Positions 1-12,260 of a DNA stretch of 64,000 bases are shown here, one piece after another. A program made the position numbers and the translations under genes. Positions within the stretch are counted from its first letter, which is position 1. Every line of letters starts with the position of its first letter. Below the pieces are notes generated by a model. That model was not told the DNA's origin. It saw only the letters and a list, made by a program, of their open reading frames with translations, and did no database searches. Source of the DNA: Stegostoma tigrinum (taxonomy: Eukaryota); assembly GCF_030684315.1 (NCBI RefSeq), contig NC_081357.1, forward strand, positions 129,966,808 to 130,030,807, written 5' to 3'.

Positions 1-930
1 TTTTAAGAGACCTCTTTTCTCTGAGATATTTCCTTTTCATTCGCATGGCCAATTCTCAACCTTTCCTCTGAGACATTCTATCAGATGAATATTGCCTTGA
101 AGACAACAATTATCCACACTATAGGCTATGGGCAAGCTGTTCCCAGACTGTAACTTGCATAAGATTCGGCAGTTAAAGCATTTTTAATTCCCCTTTAATC
201 ATTTTGCCTTCCCAGCCAATGGACAAAATTTATTATTCTTTCCCACCAAGAATATAATAAACACTGTTGGTCTGGAATATCCATCTGAAAGACTAGCATG
301 TGATGACTAAAATGTCTATTTTTATATCACCCATGGCTAGAATTCTGAATGCACATTTCTCGGAATTTATTTTTCATGTTTCATTTTCTCTCTTGACATT
401 GGCATGCTTTGACATGGTCTTCAGTTTCAATGGGTCATAACAATTATTGGCCCCAGTCAGAGTGCACAACTAGATCATCTGACCAAACAAACTTAAGTGG
501 TCTTAAGTGATCTGTTTCTATCTTGGATACTATATCCTTTTTTTTAATTACTGGGATGCAATCAGTGTGTTCTAAGTGTTGATCCAAAGTCACTCCTGAT
601 TTGTCCTACACGGTATTTAAATCCTTTATATTCAAAGGTGCCTGATGCTTGACTCCAAACTGTAATCAATAATGCATCTTAAAGATGCCCTCTAATTTCT
701 CCTTGTAATATCATAAAATTGCTGGGTCTAACTCTAAATGAATACAATTCACCTTCAACAAGGTGGCTCAAAGGCAGAAATGCCACACTCGTGATCAAGC
801 CATAAATACACTTGTTTAATTTCCACAATTTCCCTTCAATATTGCCAGTCTCTTTAGGAGGCTTCAAAAAGATTTCCTTTTGAAATCTTACCCCTTGCAA
901 AAATGTAGATTTTATATCGATCAATTTACA
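1..930 (-). mobile_element. Degenerate Ty1/copia LTR-retrotransposon pol fragment (RT to RNase H), possibly GalEa-like
   Basis: ORF 679-924 reads IDIKSTFLQG..EIFLKPPKE..KLWKLNKCIYGL, the copia RT (RVT_2) signature. Near 165-225 the minus strand reads CPL..GIKNALTAES, resembling copia RNase H (W.S.K.KRV..STLAAE). Many stops and frameshifts. Confidence 0.8.
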
Positions 931-1389
931 TTATTATGAAGGCTTTACATATTTAATACTTTTTGTCGATTGTGTTTGAAGGATTGTGGACATCTAGAAT
1001 GTTTCTAAGAGGTAAATGAAACTGTGATTAAATGTTTTAAGGAAGATAGCTCTTAGTGGTCACGTGTCTTACTTGTTCAGTGGAGGCCCTCAGCCAAGGT
1101 TCATGATGTTCTGGCTGCAGCTCCTGCTTGAGGAATTCTTTGAGTATTTTGCAGTTGCTGTCCAACCACTGGAACTTCCCAGGCCAGCTCTTCCAGTTTT
1201 GACGAGCCTCTTGTTGTCAGTCCAGTATAGCACATGCAACGCTGGTCCATTCTGAATCCTGTTTGTCTTCTGGAAGAATGTTCAATACTGTGCCTACCTC
1301 AGCAAGAGACATTGCCAATGATCCTCGAGACATCCATTTGTGTTTGGTAACACTAGCCTCTATGTGCTAGAAGGTGAGATCAACAATGA

Positions 1390-1740
1390 CACCCCCCCCC
1401 CCAACTCCATAAGTATCCCTTCCTGAGTGTATGTGTATGAGAAGGGTGTGTGAGTTTTGGGTTATTTAGAAGAGTAAGGGTTTATACTTTCATATCACAA
1501 ACTACCTGTGTTAACTAATTTATTTCATCTGCATTAAATACTTTTGTTGGTAATAAGTTGATAATTTTGTGTTTATTAATGGATCCACAGTTAATGGATC
1601 TTTTTATTTTGGTCTAATATACACAAATCATAAGACTGGTTACATCAGCAACTAGGTAAAACATTCCAGTTGATGATGTGATCCAGGGAGCGGTGGTACT
1701 AGAGAAAAACAGTGCATTCTTCCTGTCTCAGTCCAAACAA
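1390..1740 (+). mobile_element. Probable 3' part of an LTR (LTR-retrotransposon relic)
   Basis: GT-rich then AT-rich segment ending ...gactagaga-like..acagtgcattcttcctgtctcagtccaaaCA, resembling U5 ends of shark LTRs; recognised by eye only. Confidence 0.35.
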
Positions 1741-2614
1741 CATTCCCAGGAATACATTTCTGAGAGTTAAGACAACTTCAACTTTAATACTTTGATAATG
1801 AAGTCTCTCTTTAAACTATAGAGCCAACATACTGGGGTTAACCTTATATGTGGTGTCACTTTGTTTTTCCATGCACATCCCTCTCTATAACAAGCTATTT
1901 TATACAACAGTGTAAACACCAAATTCTTTGCAGATTTCCAACTCTTTTTGTTGCTAATCTTGATCTGTTTTATCTCTGAATTTGTTCAGAGCCACTTAAA
2001 CATCTTATCCATAAGGCTTTCTGCTTCTCCTGTAGTATTCCTGGTCAGTCATTTCCTTATTCTTGTGAAACCACAATCTCTACTCATTCTCCTACCTTGT
2101 TGTGGGCTAAGACAAGATCTTCACCTTCTATGGCCTCAGCTCTTTTTACCAAGCTGTGGCCCTCCTGGGACCATGCTCACTTCTGAGTGCACTTTCAGAA
2201 CTCACATTTTGTTTCTGGCTTTCCAGCTATTTATCTCACTTTGTCAATTCATGGATCTCACTTTCTGTCATTCACCTTGTTTATTTAGCCAATGCTTGTA
2301 TTTGTTGATGATTTTCTCTATAGTGGTAACATCCCTCTTTCACTGGCACCTTCTGGTATACATGTGACTCATGTGCCAAATAGCTTTATCCTGCTCTTCA
2401 ATATCATCGTCTTCATATTTAATCAGCACTTTATTTGCTATAATTTACTTCTCATCATTGTCCACTTGCGAAGTGCGTGGTTCTTTATCTCTTTCTATTA
2501 ATTATTCAGATTCCATAAATGTATAATATGAAAATTCAGGGCTTGATACATTACAATCAGTTCTGCCATAGTGTGTGTTTGGCAACACAAGTTGGCGATA
2601 ATGCAATTGATGAA

Positions 2615-2944
2615 TAGAATTAGAATTAGAATTCCTACTCTGTGGAAACAGGCCCTTTGGCCCAACAAGTCCACACGAAAGTCAGTGCATCCCACCCAGA
2701 CCCATCCGCCTATAACCTACCTAAGCTAACACATCCTGAACGCTACGGGCAATTTAGCACGGCCGACCACCTGGCTTGCACATCTTTGGATTGTGGGAGG
2801 AAACCGGAGCACCCGGAGGAAACTCATGGAGACATGGGGAGAATGTGCAAACTCCACACAGGCAGACACCCAAGGCCGAAATTGAACCTGGGTCCCTGGT
2901 ACTGTGAGGCAGCAGTGCTAACCACTGAGCCACCAAACTGCCCC
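2615..2944 (-). mobile_element. HE1-type tRNA-derived SINE
   Basis: Minus strand starts ggggcag..ggtggctcagtggttagcac (A box) ..ggttcaatt (B box), followed by the core tgtgtggagtttgcacattctcccc and a CR1-like tail ending in (ttctaa)n. Confidence 0.92.
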
Positions 2945-3689
2945 AAAGAGAACACCATTTCTAAAACACGAACTTGTGTTAGCTATAACGTGATTCCATT
3001 GGTGCGCGGAGGAGTATGCGTTGACATCACATGATCATTTTGCAGGCTTTGTCGTGAAGTGCTTTCTGTGAGAAGTACAGTACAACCTCCTCCCCCATCA
3101 AGTCATCTTGACATTTTTTGAGATGCAGTGTTAAATTTACATCTACTTCATCTTTAGATGTGAATTCAACATTTATTCAAATTGTGCTATCCTTTGAGTT
3201 AGGCTTTTGAGCAATTTTTTTGGTGGTCTACCCCTTATCCCACTTTTCCTATTGGCCCCATTATTTCTATAGCACAATTTTCTACAACGTAATGTTGCAC
3301 AGAAACACAACTGTGGTGTTATAGCAGTATCGACCGTAACTTTATTTCTCTCTCCAAATATACTGCCAGGTCCATTGAGTTTCTCCAGTAATTTCTGAAT
3401 TTGTCTCAAATTCCTTAACCCTTGCTTTGATATTTATAATTTTAAAAAGTCCAGGCAACATCTTAAGCACTGCATTTACAATCGGTGTGCTCCCACTGTC
3501 TAACACAGCACAGCCTGAATGCATATGTACCTAGAATAATCATTATCAGGCTGAGGTCTCTTGTGGCCAGAACATTTCTTACACCTAATTGGTACTGTCC
3601 TCTTCTCCTTTGTGAACCTTCTGTATTGAGAGTCATTTTGAAACCCTTGTATTTCTGTTCAGGACAACACACTGCACTAGAGCCACTTC

Positions 3690-4006
3690 GGGGCAGCACG
3701 GTGGCTCAGTGGTTAGCACTGCAGCCTCACAGCACCAGGGACCCAGGTTCAATTCCAGCCTCGGGCGACTGTCTGTGTGGAGTTTGCACATTCTCCCCGA
3801 GTCTGTGTGGATTTTCTCCGGGTGCTCCAGTTTCCTCCCACAGTTCAAAGATGTGCAGGCTAGGTGGATTGGCCATGGTAAATTGCCTGTAGTGTTCAGG
3901 GGTGTGTGGGTTAGAGGGGGATGGGACTGGGTGGGATGCTCCAAGGGGTGGTGTGGACGTGTTGGGCCGAAGGGCCTGTTTCCACACTGTAGGGAATCTA
4001 ATCTAA
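3690..4006 (+). mobile_element. HE1-type tRNA-derived SINE
   Basis: ggggcagcacggtggctcagtggttagcact..ggttcaattcc (Pol III A/B boxes), V-SINE-like core, tail gggccgaagggcctgtttccacactgtagggaatctaatcta. Confidence 0.93.
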
Positions 4007-4749
4007 AATATCTATTGACCATTCCTCAGTCAATCCTGGGGCTCATTTTTCCGTTGTAGCTCTGTGATTTTGGTCATTTGTCATGGCTGCCAAAAATATC
4101 TTTATCTTTACTTCTTCTGGTTATGTTCCTTCCTTCACATTGATGCATGTGCCCCATTGATGGAAGATTTTGAAATGCTGCTGCTATTGTAAGATCATCC
4201 ATTTTTTATTGTCACTATGGAGCGTCCCATTGGTGCGGTGAAAGCTGCTGGAAGGGAATATTTTCCAGGAATTCGTTTAAGGTTTACAAAAGCATGCTTC
4301 TTTCTTGAAATCTAACTCCAGTTAATGCCAGGGATCCCTTCAAGTTCTGCATAACCCAGCAATTTAAAGGCAAACACTGAATTAGAAATCTTCAAAGGAA
4401 AAAATTTGCAATTTTGCATATTGTCTGTTAAATTCCATTAAATATTCTTCAACAGAATATTCAACCAGCTTTCTAAATTGTTCAGAGTTTGACTTTGCCT
4501 CATGTGTATTTATTAGGTCATCTTACATATAAATTTTAACAGAACTTCCTAACCTTCTTTTGAATCCAACTGTTGAGATTTTAATTCTGACAATGCTTTA
4601 CATCTAACCTTGCTTCTGGTAAGAATTAAAAGTATCAAGGCCATACTTACTTTGCTCTTGGTAAAAACATAAACCATGTTAACTCAGCCACTTCATTTTT
4701 ACATTGATCATAAGGTTGGGCTTCATAAAAGATCAGTGAGAAATCTTAC

Positions 4750-4805
4750 CATGTCACTTTGCACTTATTTGTAGCCACTTGTCTCCAAAGTAATTCCAAT
4801 TCTGT
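4750..4805 (-). other. Candidate 56-nt exon of an unidentified host transcript
   Basis: Minus strand ttttttttcag|ACAGAA...GACATG|gtaaga gives a strong acceptor and donor; one frame is open (TELELLWRQVATNKCKVT). Protein not recognised. Confidence 0.3.
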
Positions 4806-4949
4806 CTGAAAAAAAAATCTTAATTTCTAATCTCCACTTCAGGCAACCATCCTCTGCTACCACTCTAAATAGATTCCAAACCAGATGGAGGGGCTCAAAT
4901 CGCGACAAATATATCTCCTCTTATGTGGTGAGAGTTTGCTGACCTCCTC

Positions 4950-6045
4950 AGTCTTACCTCTCTCATCCTTTCTTTCCATGAGGCAATGACAAAGGATAAC
5001 TTCCCTTCACTCTGGTGTTGTGGGTGTCCTTGAAGTGCTGGAACAAGCCAAAGCTGGATTCACATAACTTGCCTCTGTTGGAGCAGCTGCTGTTTAAAGT
5101 GGTAGATGGATGGCATCCTGAAGTTTCCACACACTCATTCCAATGTTTATACTAGACCTCCATCTGGGCCCGTAGGAGATAGTGGAGACAACTGGCACCT
5201 TGGTGTTTGCTTCTTCTCCAGAACAGGCGGTCCTGCACAAGACATTCCTGTGAGTCATTTGGGGTAATGCCTTTCCGCAGGAAGCTTTGGGAGTGCCCTT
5301 GAGGCATGTCTCAGATCTTCTGCTAACAGTTTACCATGATGCAGCTTGGATTAGACAGCTTGTTTGGAAGTACTGTGTCAGTTATGTGGATGATGTGCCT
5401 GTCCAAAGCAACTGAATGACATTGACCAGTGTCTGAAGCTGGTGATGCTGGTCTGAGCAAAGACTATTACTGGCACAAATATCTGCCATTAAATTTGCAG
5501 CATTGTGTAGAGGCATCACTGTTGCTATGTGCACACGTATTGGGACTATACTGGATCTATAGGTGAGGGTCATGGCTGGCACATTGTCATACAGAGAGCA
5601 GAGAATGGGGATGAATTTCTGCATGCAGCCAAGAGGAGGACTCTCTTGACCAACAGCTCCAGAGAGTCTTTGTGACTTTAAAAAAGGCTATTTATAATAG
5701 TTGCTGCTGCTGTCTGCATTTTTCTTGGACTTATTCACCGTCCACATTCACTATTTGATTCATCTTATGTCCCCAGGAAGAGCTCTTCAACCATTGGGAA
5801 AAGGCCTTCAAGGAGAATAATCACAATGACCTTCCCTTTGGTGGACAGCAGTAAGGCTGCAGATCCCACAATTGGTCTTATCTCCTCCCTTGAAGGTGTT
5901 TACAATTACATGTCTTGGAGATCTGCCGGCACGTTTTCTAGGTGAGGGAATGTATTCGTACCAGGGGCTCATCACTGCTGTATCTCTGTACCTCCATCTG
6001 CAGCAAATACCTTGTTGGTTCTAAGCTGTTGTATGGCCTTTTTAA
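4950..6045 (-). mobile_element. Degenerate RTE-clade (BovB-like) LINE, RT region with internal deletions
   Basis: Minus-strand peptides GDKTNCG..LLSTKGKVI..ILL, QEKCRQQQQLL.IAF, QKFIPILCSLYDN, QLLWTG and HFKDT match RTE RT motifs (QEKCREQ..LY.AF.DLTKAFD; GCP.KF..I..LHD; QLRWAGH; RFKDT). Confidence 0.8.
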
Positions 6046-6059
6046 TCATCATGTGCACT

Positions 6060-6411
6060 TAGAATCATACATTCCTTAAAGTGTGGAAGCAGGCTATTCA
6101 GCCCATCGAGTCCACACTGACACTCCAAAGAGCATCCCATACAGACCTACCTCTAACCCTATTCCTATAACTCATGGCTAATCTGCCTAGCTTGCACCCA
6201 CCTGAACACTATGGGCAACTTAACATGGTCAATCCACCCTAACCTGCACATGTTTGGACTGTGGGAGGAAACTGGAACACCCAGAGGAAATCCATGCAAA
6301 CATGGAAAGAACGTGCAAACACCACACAGACAGTTGCCAAAGGGTGGGATTGAACCCAGGTCCCTGGCACTGTGAGGCAGCAGTGCTAACCACTGAGCCA
6401 TTGTGCTGCCC
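6060..6411 (-). mobile_element. HE1-type tRNA-derived SINE
   Basis: Same head, core and tail as 3690-4006, in reverse complement. Confidence 0.92.
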
Positions 6412-7550
6412 ATACTTGAACTGTGCTGAGGCGGTGACAAGGTAGTATACTGTGGAACGTGGTTGAGGGCACTCATGTTACAGACTGAGTGTCAGTTAAA
6501 GATAATCATAACGTATCCTTCCAATGAACACTGACTGCTTTTCTGCCCTTGATGAGCTCCACTCTATCTTTAGGTACAAGTACAGTAGGTCATTGAACAC
6601 TTGGGCCATAAAAGTTCTTGGTTGCCCCTTGTACCACACTCAGTCTCACAGTTGTATTACGCTTAGAAAAAGAGTAGACATCACTAGTTTCTCTTCACCT
6701 TAGATATAGACATGAACAATCTTAACAATGTGATAAATCAGCAACCCACGGGAAAAACATGTAACTACAAACAGTTTGCTCCAATATTTGCAATTCTGAG
6801 GAGTGTAATAAATAACAAGAAACTATTTACAGCAATAGTTTAAAGTGTAAGTTGCTTATACTTGAAAATTGTGTTTAGTCAATATTATTTTAGTTTTAGC
6901 CATTTGATGTATTAAAAAACTTATAAGAACATGACATTTTGATGGGTCACTCTTTCACTGAATAACTGGAGGTTTGAATTTCTCTTTAAAAATGATCATT
7001 CTCTGTGGAGATTATGACAAACTCCTATTTCTAATATCATTATACTGATTCTAGTTTGGGGCTCATCATCAGCATGTATTGCTGGAAAACACTGAATAAA
7101 TCTATCCATTAAAATTTGTTGATAAAACACTGTGACACAATTACTTGAAAACAAGGAAGTACATTAAATCCATCTGCTGGTGAATTTCTAACTTGATGCC
7201 TCTCTTAAAAATTAATGTAGGAATGTAAATGAATGAGCCCTGAATGTAATGGACCAGGCAGCATTATCATTTAATAAACTGGCATATTACAAAAACTATG
7301 TAATTGTGAAAAAGGTGGCTAAACTGAGTGAGAAAATACATTGGCACAAAGTTAGCTTTCTCTGTATGGAGCTATCTAATTTTGAGAAACCACATGTTCT
7401 TAAATTATAGTGTACAGTCAACAAGGTCTTTTACTAAGACATCTGTCTTGTTTTCTCATGTTCTTTAAGCTGTGATGCAAGGGCAAAGAACAACCAAACT
7501 GCAGTCATTCTGAACTGACTTGACCTGTGCCAGATGCCAATTGTGCATTC

Positions 7551-8716
7551 CGCGTTCTCCCGTATTTCCCGCAACACATCCCTCACACCCCGCCCCCGCC
7601 ACAACCGCAAAAAGAGGATCCCCCTCGTTCTCACATACCACCCTACCAACCTCCGGATACAACGCATCATCCTCCGACACTTTCGCCATTTACAATCCGA
7701 CCCCACCACCCAAGACATTTTTCCATCCCCTCCCCTGTCTGCTTTCCGGAGAGACCACTCTCTCCGTGACTCCCTTGTTCGCTCCACACTGCCCTCCAAC
7801 CCCACCACACCCGGCACCTTCCCCTGCAACCGCAGGAAATGCTACACTTGTCCCCACACCTCCTCCCTCACCCCTATCCCAGGCCCCAAGATGACATTCC
7901 ACATTAAGCAGAGGTTCACCTGCACATCTGCCAATGTGGTATACTGCATCCACTGTACCCGGTGCGGCTTCCTCTACATTGGGGAAACCAAGCGGAGGCT
8001 TGGGGACCGCTTTGCAGAACACCTCCGCTCAGTTCGCAACAAACAACTGCACCTCCCAGTCGCAAACCATTTCCACTCCCCCTCCCATTCTCTAGATGAC
8101 ATGTCCATCATGGGCCTCCTGCAGTGCCACAATGATGCCACCTGAAGGTTGCAGGAACAGCAACTCATATTCCGCCTGGGAACCCTGCAGCCATATGTTA
8201 TCAATGTGGACTTCACCAGTTTCAAAATCTCCCCTTCCCCTACTGCATCCCTAAACCAGCCCAGTTCGTCCCCTCCCCCCACTGCACCAACACAACCAGC
8301 CCAGCTCTTTCCCCCCACCCACTGCATCCCAAAACCAGTCCAACCTGTCTCTGCCTCCCTAACCGGTTCTTCCTCTCACCCATCCCTTCCTCCCACCCCA
8401 AGCCGCACCCCCAGCTACCTACTAACCTCATCCCACCTCCTTGACCTGTCCGTCTTCCCTGGACTGACTTATCCCCTCCCTACCTCCCCACCTATACCCT
8501 CTCCACCTATCTTCTTTACTCTCCATCTTCGGTCCGCCTCCCCCTCTCTCCCTATTTATTCCAGCTCCCTCTCCCCATCCCCCTCTCTGATGAAGGGTCT
8601 AGGCCCGAAACGTCAGCTTTTGTGCTCCTGAGATGCTGCTTGGCCTGCTGTGTTCATCCAGCCTCACATTTTATTATCTTGGAATTCTCCAGCATCTGTA
8701 GTTCCCATTATCTCTG
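7551..8716 (+). mobile_element. 5'-truncated Penelope-like element (Cys-rich linker, GIY-YIG endonuclease, pLTR)
   Basis: ORF 7534-8145 has CNRRKCYTC..NVVYCIHCTRCGFLYIGETKRRLGDRFAEH; premature TGA at 8143; pyrimidine-rich pLTR; flanked by direct repeat gtgcattc (7543-7550, 8717-8724). Confidence 0.95.
8585..8616 (+). ncRNA. Minimal type I hammerhead ribozyme motif in PLE pLTR
   Basis: ct-CTGATGA-a-gggtctaggccc-GAAA-cgTC-ag: intact catalytic boxes, stem II, loopless palindromic helix III (ACGT); predicted cleavage after 8614. Confidence 0.8.
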
Positions 8717-9489
8717 GTGCATTCAGATCATCTACCTTCCCAGGAAGCTCTAACTAGAGTAAAGGCAACTGCTACACCAGGGACATTGACTGTTTACTTT
8801 GGCATTTCCAGCCATTGTATACAAATACAGCCCCAGTACAAATGGTCCTCCAGCAAGTTTAGATAAAAAATAATCATGCATCTGGTAGCCCTCCGTATAT
8901 TTGTTGCTTACATCTCTTTGGACCTGTCAACCAAAGGTGCTGCCTTCAAGGAGTTTAGCACATGAACATCACTGCAACGCACTGTTGACACTTGGCCTGT
9001 TGACTTGCTCTATTTTGGCCTCTGAAAAGGAGTTAGAATGGAGAGTGCTGTCACTACATCTCATTTCCTGCCTGCTTGCAAAGCTTGCACCTCATTGTGG
9101 AAACCCCACTACCACACAAAGGAGATGGTAAGAACCAACACCTGAGATTGCAGCACCTCCTTTCAGCAGGAGTCTAACAGGAGTTTTGGCCACTGGGTCC
9201 TCTTCTGATCACATACATACACACACCTTCACCTCTCCTCTTAAAGCCCACCGTTCTTTCAGTCTCAGCAATTTATGTTGCATATAAGCTTGCCACTTCA
9301 AATGCCTTCAGTTTTCTTAATAATCTACTGTGATGCTCTCTTTAAATATTATAGCCCCAACCCAATACAATTTTACTGACCCAAGGCTTGCTGCTGATAC
9401 CGGTGGTCTGCTGTTCAGACATGACCTCAATTTCAAACTTCAAGAGTTATTTCAACCAGTTTTTATTTCCTGGCATATTATCAAATTGG

Positions 9490-10130
9490 ATTTTTTTAAA
9501 TAAAGTCACAAATGACATCCTTTGTGATCTCGAGAGAAAGGTAAACCCTCATTCCTCAGTTGCACTGGCCTATCAGCAGCGTTTCTCAGACTTGACCACA
9601 CTATCCTTCTCTGGTGCCTATCTACTGTCAGCCAGCTCGTTGGGGCTGCTGTCCCATCACTCCATTTAGACTTATCTAATCATAACTACAGAATGACTCC
9701 TCTTCGAGCTGATATTCAATAAACGCTGGTCTCTCCCATTTCTCATCCAAACACCATATGTGCCTGCTGACAACACTCAGCACTATGACTCCTGAGTCCT
9801 CTACTGCTAAACCATTAGATGCTTATCCAAAATCCACAACTGTCTGCGTCAATAGGTTCTACTAATTACCAATTCTACTCCAAACTCCGTTCTCTGGGCA
9901 TCAAAGCTACCCCTCACCCTGGCAACAGTTTGAGGTTAGACTAATCTGTCAGCAAACTTAATATCACCGTTGACTCTGAGTGCAGTTCCTGACCTCATAT
10001 TTGTATCATCTTCAAGACCTGTGAGTTTTATCTCCCTAACATGGCTAGTCTTCCTTCCAGTCTCAGCCTACCCGCTGCTTGAACCTGGGTGAGCTACATT
10101 CCCAACAACTCCTTGGCTGCTTTTGATCGC
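9490..10130 (+). mobile_element. Old L2/CR1-group LINE RT fragment
   Basis: KVTNDIL followed by a degenerate LSAAF..DH.IL and later gctgacaacactcag (YADDTQ-like). Confidence 0.7.
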
Positions 10131-10649
10131 TAAATACTACATATCCAGTTAATTAAAAATTTTCCGTCTTCTAACTCCTTGTAAATTGACAATTTTTTAC
10201 TTTAATAAGTTCGGGTCTAATCCAATTTACATTATTCAGTGGGATGCTGAATTTTATTCTGGAACTATCTAAATGGTTTGTTTCAGTTATGGAGAGGACT
10301 GGCCACGGAGGAAGTTGAAGGATCAATGTTTGAAAAATCAAGGTTTTGCATAGCACAGAACATGTAGTTCAACGGGCACTTAAATGATGAATGAACAGTT
10401 GTCACAGTGATTAATGATACAGTCAGCACAGTTTTGGCTCACCTCAAGTTTAAGCATGACATTATGTGGCAGGCCAGGAATAGTGCAAATGTAGCCAAAG
10501 TACCGGTATGGTTTTACACAGATGAGCTAGTATAAGGCGGGAGCTTGTTAATGTTTGCAGAGATTGAAATAAATGGTCTTATGTGTAGGATGGTTCTGTG
10601 TTTGGAGCAGCCCTAGATAACACCGAGGTATCTATGACACTCTTGTGAA

Positions 10650-12260
10650 ATGTCTTTAGACCTGCTCCACGTTGCCCATATGCAGTTTCTATCCTTTTTT
10701 TCACCTGCCGTTCATGGTATGCCTTAAAGATCGCTTACGTGCCTATTTCCACCACCTTCACTAGTAGTGTGTTCCAGTGTGTTCACATCTGGGTAAAAAA
10801 CTTACCCCCTACTTCTCCCCTAAACTTTCCCCCTCACACATTGAACCTGTGCCCTCTTGTAGTTGATCTTTCAACACTTGGGAAAAGCCTCTTTCTATTC
10901 ACCCTATCTATGACCATCAAATGTTGTAGAGCTCTACTAGGTCACTCCTCAGCCTCCATCTTTCCAGTGAATATAATCCAATTTGATCCAACCTCTCCGC
11001 ATAACTAAAACCCTCCAGACCAGGCAAAGTTCTGGCAAACCTTCTCTGCACTGTCTCCAAAGCATGCACATCTATCAGGGAGCATGGCCACAAGAACAGC
11101 ATGCAAATGTGGTGTAACTGAAGTTTTATACAGCTGTAACATCTCCTGCTCACACTTATGTTCAATGCCCAGCCGACGAAGGCAAGCATGCTGTATGCCT
11201 TCTTCACCTTATCCACCTGTGTTGCCACTTTCAGGGATCAGAGGACCTGTACGCCCTGATCCCTCTGTATGTCAAAGTTCCTCAGGGTTCTGCTAGTTAC
11301 AGTATAATTCACATCTGATTTTGATCTTCCAAAATGCATCATTTTGCATTTATCCAAATTGAACTCCATCTGCCATTTCTCTGCCTAAATCTATAATCTA
11401 TCTACATCCTGCTGTATCCCTTGACAATCCTCCTGACTATCTGCAACTCCACCAATTTTGGTGTCATCTGCAAACTTACTACACATCAAGCCACTACCTT
11501 TCATATATTTTACAAACAACAAAGGTCCCAGCACTGATTCCTGTGGAACACTACTAGTTACTGATCTCCATTCCAAAATGTCCCCTATCGCCATTATTCC
11601 CGTCTTCAATGGCCAAGCCAATTCTGTATCCATTTAGCCAGGTCACACCGCATCCTGTGAGACTCTACCTTTTTCACCAGCCTGCCATGACGTACCTTAT
11701 CAAATACCTTACTAAAGTCCATGTAGACAACATCCGTGCCCTTCCCTCATTAATTAGTCTTGTCATCTCCTTGTAAAACTCAATCAAGTTGGTGCGACAT
11801 GATCTTCCTCACACAAATCCATGCTGCCAATCATTGACAAGTCCATTTACTTCAAAATGTGAATAAATTCTGCCCCTCAGTATCTTCTCCAACATCTTCC
11901 CCACCACTGACATCAGGTTCACAGGTTTGTAACTGGATTGTCTCTGTTTGTCCTTCCAAACAAAGGAATAACATTAGCAATTCTCCTCTGAGGCCTGAAG
12001 CCAAAGAGCATGTAAGGCTGTCTGTGAAGGCCCCATTATTTCTTCCCTTGCTTCCCACAGTATCCTGGGGTAGATCCTGTCTGGGCCATCTCTATCTTCA
12101 TATATTAATACATTTCAAGACGCCCAACACTTCCTCCTTTGATATGTTGACCTGCCTGAGAGTTTTTACACACCTTTCCTAACCTCGACATTCTTCATGT
12201 CACTCTCTTTGGTGAACATTGATGTGAAGTACTCATTAAGGATCTCACCTATTTCCTCCA
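10650..12260 (-). mobile_element. CR1-clade LINE, 5'-truncated, degenerate RT to 3' end
   Basis: Minus ORFs VPQESVLGPLLF..SKFADDTKIGG and LETVQRRFARTLPGL..LYSLERWRLRSDL. Confidence 0.92.

Noticed and set aside
3690-3765. tRNA-like sequence with A and B boxes
   Set aside because: It is the SINE head, continuing into SINE core and tail, not a tRNA gene.
2642-4059. Several 60-135 aa ORFs (MVAQWLALL.., DCGRKPEHPEE..)
   Set aside because: Translations of HE1 SINE sequence on both strands, not genes.
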